In this document: positions 57,517 through 64,000 of the stretch, piece by piece
Layout of the letters: each line of letters opens with the position of its first letter
How positions within the stretch are numbered: the first letter of the stretch is position 1
NCBI GenBank assembly: GCA_963727445.1
Contig: CAVSGI010000008.1
Coordinates: 256,001-320,000 of the forward strand
Reading direction: 5' to 3'
DNA length: 64,000 nt
Source: an uncultured delta proteobacterium
GTDB lineage: Bacteria; Myxococcota_A; Polyangia; Polyangiales; B10-G4
Translations under genes and position numbers: made by a program
Notes under the pieces: generated by a model
What the model was told of the DNA's origin: nothing
Database searches by the model: none
What the model saw: only the letters and a program-made list of their open reading frames with translations

Positions 57517-58272
57517 GTCGTCCTACCCATGTTGCAGATCTCGGGGAGCGTGGTGATGCAGAGGCGACAGTCGATGGCCTCGTCCTGGCCGCTGTAACAG
57601 CTGGGTGTCGCCGTCCCCCCGCCGCAGCAGTCGGGGCCTGGGAGCGCCGGGTCGTCGGTCCCGGCGGGGAACTCGACCAGACAGCCGAGGCAGAGCTGGA
57701 TGTCGTACCTGTACTCCGGGCCGATGATCTCGCGACCGCCGGCATCGCCGATGAGCTGCACCGTGGTGGTCAGAAAGAACTCGGGCGGCCTCCGTCCGAT
57801 GCTGACGGCCTGGTCCATCATGGACTGGAAGTAGCCCGTCACCGCCCGCGGGAGCGCGGGCACGTCGAAGGAGGCGGTGCTGCCAGCGGGCACGACGGGG
57901 CAGGTCGGATTCGGTCTCGTCAGCGCAGGTTTCGAGGTCCCACTCGTCGCACCCGCCCGTGGTGCAGGTGAAGCGAAGCGGCATCGCCCCTTCGTCGGTG
58001 TTCCACACCACGTCGACCCGGGAGCGGGTCACGACGATGTCCTCAGGGCCTGGATTCTCCACGACCGGCGTCAGGACGTAGGTCGAGCGATCGCCCAGAG
58101 CCAGGTCGAAGACGCCGCTCTCGATCGTCGCAGAGGCGCCTACCTGGCTCAAGGTGCAGCCGGGCTCCGGCCGCTGGTTGCGGGTGATGGAGAGCTCTAC
58201 CGGCGCCTCACCCGAACACCCAACGACGGCCAGCAGTGACACCGCGAGCCCCCATGCCCAGATCCCCCGCAC
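57504..58272 (-). CDS. Hypothetical Cys-containing lipoprotein (apparent +1 frameshift at 57910)
   Basis: Lipobox AVVGC in ORF 57523..58272. It continues in frame 57504..57893 (IQLCLGCL...CYSGQD) after one base is removed. Confidence 0.7.
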
Positions 58273-58314
58273 CCTCCTTTTGTACCACAGGCGGCGGGCA
58301 GGAGCGCATCCGGC

Positions 58315-58338
58315 GGAGCGACGCCGGCGCGCCGCTCC
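58315..58338 (-). terminator. Hairpin downstream of the 58358-59095 gene
   Basis: Minus-strand GGAGCGGCGC-GCCG-GCGTCGCTCC stem with one G-U pair; no clear U-tract. Confidence 0.4.
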
Positions 58339-58357
58339 CCCAAAGTCCGAGCGAAGC

Positions 58358-59095
58358 TCAGTTGGTGCAGCCCTGGATCACGCCATCGTTGATGGCGGCG
58401 ACACCGAGGCAGTTGTCCGCGGCGTCCTCGAGCATCGACTGCGTCGGCAGGTAGCAGTTGCCGTCGGCGTCGGTCTGGCTGATCCACTTGATCAGGTACC
58501 ACTCCCAGGCCCACAGAACCGCTCCGTCGGCCTCGCCCTCGGAGTGCAGGTTCGAATAGTCGTCGTTCCAGTTGAAGAAGCGACCTTCCCAGGTGGTCTC
58601 GGCGAGGAGGCGTCGCACGTTGGCGGGCGGGTCCTCCATGATGGCGGCGTAGCGAAGCGCGCTCGCGACCGAGCAGCGCATGCCCATGTCGGAGGCCTCG
58701 TCCGACTCGTAGGTCGGGTTCAGACCACCGGGCCACTTCTGCCACCACTCCCAGCCATTCATGTTGAAGGGATCCGGGATGCCGGGGAAGAGATCCATGT
58801 AGTCGGGACGGGGCGTATCGGCGGGGATCGTGATGAACTCGCGCTCGACGTCACACGCTTCGATGTAACCCGGTCCGACCCGATCGCAGATCTCCGCGGT
58901 CGACGGAGGGATCATGTCGCGCACGGACGGCGCCGCGGTGTCGGGCTCGGCCATCGCGTCGGGCTCGGCCACGCCTCCGTCCGGCACGGTGGTGGTGCCG
59001 GTGTCGGCGGTCATCATCGTCGTATCCGGTCCACGATCCCGCTCGCCGCATGCGAGCACGAGGATGCAAAGGACAGGAATGTAAGCGTACTTCAT
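58358..59095 (-). CDS. Hypothetical Trp-rich lipoprotein
   Basis: Lipobox LVLAC; GGAGGGG SD; WEWWQKWPGG, FFNWNDDY and LWAWEWYLIKWISQT. Confidence 0.8.
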   Translation of the reverse strand: MKYAYIPVLCILVLACGERDRGPDTTMMTADTGTTTVPDGGVAEPDAMAEPDTAAPSVRDMIPPSTAEICDRVGPGYIEACDVEREFITIPADTPRPDYMDLFPGIPDPFNMNGWEWWQKWPGGLNPTYESDEASDMGMRCSVASALRYAAIMEDPPANVRRLLAETTWEGRFFNWNDDYSNLHSEGEADGAVLWAWEWYLIKWISQTDADGNCYLPTQSMLEDAADNCLGVAAINDGVIQGCTN

Positions 59096-59252
59096 CGGTC
59101 AGTCCCCTCCGCGCGCGGTCCCTGTTTACCCGCGCGTCTGAGCTGCGCTGTTTAGCGGAGAACGGTGCCGAGTCAATCCTGATTAAGGTGTGCAAGGGAC
59201 GTACGCCGAGGGTCCTCGCCTTCCGCTCCCCAACTGCTAATTAGCCCTCAGC

Positions 59253-60872
59253 ATGTCTCGCGCGCCTCGCCTCGGTGCTCTTCTGGCTCTGTCCCTCTTC
59301 TGTGCGTGCGGCGACGACGCCGCTCCACCAGGCGATTCCGGCGTGGACGACGGCGCTGCCGACGCGGCTGGCGACGCCGATGGCGAAGCACCGCCACCGC
59401 CCGTGGTGGAGACGCCCTCGGGCCCAGTGCAGGGCGAACAGGGTCTCGGCTACCTCCAGTTCCTCGGCATCCCCTACGCCGAGCCCCCAGTGGGCGATTC
59501 CCGCTGGGCGCCACCCGTCGCGCACGCCCCCTGGACCGAGCCCGTGGTGTCACAGCGACCGAGCTCGTGCCCCCAGGCGGCTTTCGGTCTCAACAGCGGC
59601 GCCGAGGATTGCCTCTACGTCAACGTCCACACCCCGGACCCGATGCCCGAGAACGCGCCGGTGATGGTGTGGATCCACGGAGGCGCGTACATCTTCGGCG
59701 AAGGCCTCCAGACCGACCTCGGTACCCGCGGCGACCTCCTCGCCAAGAACCACGGAGTGGTGGTGGTGAGCATGAACTACCGCCTCGGCGCTTTCGGCTT
59801 CTTCGTCCACGGTGACGAGGTCACCGGGAACTTCGGCATCCAGGACCAGCGCCTGGCCCTCGAGTGGGTGCAGTCGCACATCGCGTCCTTCGGCGGCGAC
59901 CCCGACAACGTCACCGTCTTCGGCGAGTCGGCCGGCGGGCAGAGCGTGTGCCTGCATCTGATGAGCCCCGACAGCCGCGGTCTCTTCGCCCGCGCCATCA
60001 GCGAGAGCGGCTTCTGTGCCCAGGCCCTGCCGACGATCGAGGAGATGCGCGCCATCAGCGATCCGCTGGTCGCGGCGCTCGGCTGCGACACGGAGGCCGA
60101 TCCTCTCGCTTGCATGCGGACGAAGACCCGCGACGAGATCATCGACGCGGACATCGCGCCGACCGGGATGAGCGCGCTGACAGCCGCCGGCAGCTGGTGG
60201 CCCAACGTCGACGGCACGGTGATCCCCGATCAGTTCGACGCATTGGTGGCGGCAGACGCGATCGCCGACGTGCCGACCGTCATCGGCTGGAACGCGAACG
60301 AGGGCACGCTCTTCGTGATGTTGGCGGAGCAGGCCGGCCTGGTCGTCGACGAGGCGGCCTACTCGGCGCAGATCGCCGGGCTCGCGTCGCGGACCGGTGT
60401 AGCGGCAGCCGACATCGAGGCGCAGTACCCACTGTCGGACTACCCCGACCCCGGAGCGGCCCTCGCTGCCGCGACCGGCGACGCCGCCATCGCCTGCCCC
60501 AGCCACCGCGCGGCGCGCTTGCTCGCGGACCGCGTCGAGACGCGGGTGTACCACTTCGAGTTTCCGGACGCGCCCTTCCAGCTGGGCGCCACCCGCGAGC
60601 TCGGGGCGTTCCACTCGGCCGAGATTCAGTACGTCTTCGGTCACCCGGCCCAGCTCGGTCTCACCGCCCACAGTGGAGACGACCTGACGCTCTTCGAAAC
60701 CATGAGCGGCTACTGGACGCGCTACGCGAAGACCGGCGATCCCAATGGCGCGGACGCCCCGATCGACTGGCCTCCATGGGACCTCACGAGCGAGCCCTAC
60801 CTCGCCCTCGACGTGTCGCCGACCACGGGCGAAGGCCCCGACCGCGACGCTTGCGTTCTGTGGAACCCCTAG
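59253..60872 (+). CDS. Type-B carboxylesterase/lipase lipoprotein
   Basis: FLGIPYAEPP, EDCLYVNV, WIHGG, FGESAGG and FHSAEI. Confidence 0.95.
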   Translation: MSRAPRLGALLALSLFCACGDDAAPPGDSGVDDGAADAAGDADGEAPPPPVVETPSGPVQGEQGLGYLQFLGIPYAEPPVGDSRWAPPVAHAPWTEPVVSQRPSSCPQAAFGLNSGAEDCLYVNVHTPDPMPENAPVMVWIHGGAYIFGEGLQTDLGTRGDLLAKNHGVVVVSMNYRLGAFGFFVHGDEVTGNFGIQDQRLALEWVQSHIASFGGDPDNVTVFGESAGGQSVCLHLMSPDSRGLFARAISESGFCAQALPTIEEMRAISDPLVAALGCDTEADPLACMRTKTRDEIIDADIAPTGMSALTAAGSWWPNVDGTVIPDQFDALVAADAIADVPTVIGWNANEGTLFVMLAEQAGLVVDEAAYSAQIAGLASRTGVAAADIEAQYPLSDYPDPGAALAAATGDAAIACPSHRAARLLADRVETRVYHFEFPDAPFQLGATRELGAFHSAEIQYVFGHPAQLGLTAHSGDDLTLFETMSGYWTRYAKTGDPNGADAPIDWPPWDLTSEPYLALDVSPTTGEGPDRDACVLWNP

Positions 60873-61065
60873 TGCCTGGTCCAATGACGTAGAAGGGTTC
60901 TCGCTCGTTCGTCGGCCGCCTCGCGGCGTCGGGAAACCTCGAATGTGCGCTAGCCTCTTCGAGGTTGCCAGCAAAGCGCGGTACGGACATCATGGCCCCG
61001 ATCGGCGAGGCACCTCTTTTGGGGTAGTCTCGCGGGCCGTGACTCCTGGGGGGGGCGCTGACCCC

Positions 61066-62862
<1,797 letters not shown>

Positions 62863-62866
<4 letters not shown>

Positions 62867-63228
62867 CGCACAAGATCCTCATCGTCGACGACAACGACCT
62901 GAACCTCGAGCTGGCAACCCAGCTCCTCGAGGACGACTACGAAGTCCAGACGGCGACGAATGGACAGGAGGCGCTGGACGTGGCGGCGGAGTTCCGCCCC
63001 GACCTCGTCCTGATGGACCTCTCGATGCCGGTGATGGACGGCTGGGAAGCGACCACACGCCTCCGGGGCAATCCGGTTCACAAGGACCTGAAGATCCTGG
63101 CGCTCACCGCGCACGCCGTGCAGTCGGAAATCGAGCGGGCTCTGGCGTGTGGCTGCGACGGCTACGTCACCAAGCCCATCGACGATGACCTCCTGTTACG
63201 AGAAATCGGTACTCTCTTGAGTCAGTGA
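62863..63228 (+). CDS. Single-domain response regulator (DivK-like)
   Basis: ILIVDDN, LVLMDLSMPVMDGWE, LTAHA and GCDGYVTKP. Confidence 0.93.
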
Positions 63229-64000
63229 TGGCCTCCGGCAGCACCCGACCTCCTGACGATGCCCCCGCCAAGATCCTCGTAGTCGACGATGTCGAGGCGA
63301 ACCGCGAGCTCGTCGCCCAGGATCTCGAAGAGGTCGGCTACGAAGTCCGCACCTGTGCCAGCGGAAAGGAATGTCTCGAGATCGGGAAGTCCTGGCGGCC
63401 CGAGGTGATCCTCCTCGACATCCAGATGCCGGTGATGGACGGGATCGAGACCTGCCGGGCGCTCAAAGCGGACCCCAAGACCCGCGACATCCCGGTCCTC
63501 TTCCTGACGGCCACGCGCACGGACGAGGAGTCCGTGGTCGAAGGCCTGACGGTCGGAGCCAACGACTACATCCCGAAGCCCTATGCGGTGCCGATCCTCA
63601 ATGCGCGGGTTTCGACCCAGGTGACCATCGCGAGGCAGACGCGCCGCCTGTCGGAGATGGCGATGCGCGACGAGCTGACCGGCCTCTTCAGCCGGCGTTT
63701 CCTCTTCACGTCGATGGAGCGGATCTTTCACACCCAGACGCGGGGGACCTCGCGATCGCTGGCAGCGCTCATCGTGGACGTCGACCATTTCAAGAAGGTC
63801 AACGACAGCCTGGGACACCTCGAAGGTGATCGGGTCTTGAAGGCGGTCGCTTCCGCCATCACCTCCGCGACGCGCGACGCCGACGTGGTCGCGCGTTACG
63901 GCGGCGAAGAGTTCGTGGTGGTGCTGCCGCAAACCGACGCCGGTGGCGCGGCGGTGGTGGGCGAGCACGTGCGCAAAGCCATCGAAGAGCGATGCGCTCC
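63228..64000 (+). CDS. REC-GGDEF diguanylate cyclase, truncated by the window edge
   Basis: Not in the ORF track because no stop falls in the window. Read by eye from ATG 63228: KILVVDD, LLDIQMP, RDELTGL, DVDHFKKVND, I-site RDAD and GGEEF. Confidence 0.92.
   Translation, partial: MASGSTRPPDDAPAKILVVDDVEANRELVAQDLEEVGYEVRTCASGKECLEIGKSWRPEVILLDIQMPVMDGIETCRALKADPKTRDIPVLFLTATRTDEESVVEGLTVGANDYIPKPYAVPILNARVSTQVTIARQTRRLSEMAMRDELTGLFSRRFLFTSMERIFHTQTRGTSRSLAALIVDVDHFKKVNDSLGHLEGDRVLKAVASAITSATRDADVVARYGGEEFVVVLPQTDAGGAAVVGEHVRKAIEERCA

Overview
High-GC chromosomal window that looks myxobacterial (Polyangia/Sandaracinaceae-like). This is inferred from five Hanks-type Ser/Thr kinases, TPR-PEGA proteins, a MYXO-CTERM tail and many Cys-rich lipoproteins with Asp/Gly/Ala tethers. 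About 50 tightly packed genes are present. Recognisable ones are lysR-hmgA-hppD (tyrosine catabolism), modABC, enoyl-CoA hydratase, a beta-propeller/di-heme cytochrome c lipoprotein, a stand-alone infA, an EthA-type monooxygenase, an M1 peptidase, a sulfatase-like/serine-hydrolase/arylsulfotransferase trio, an HU-like protein, AlaX, putA, a DUF2330 protein, a carboxylesterase and a hybrid kinase-REC-REC/GGDEF operon that runs off the right end. I saw no rRNA, tRNA, CRISPR array, transposase, integrase or phage gene. Several genes (modC, infA, putA, DUF2330, one lipoprotein, the histidine kinase) carry +1 frameshifts that look like long-read errors. The most interesting non-coding signals are (i) TAnnnT -10 hexamers 6-8 nt upstream of at least 12 start codons with no Shine-Dalgarno, suggesting widespread leaderless mRNA, and (ii) a roughly 120-nt G-U-rich structured leader ahead of the orphan infA. 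All product calls come from motif recognition by eye; no database search was run.
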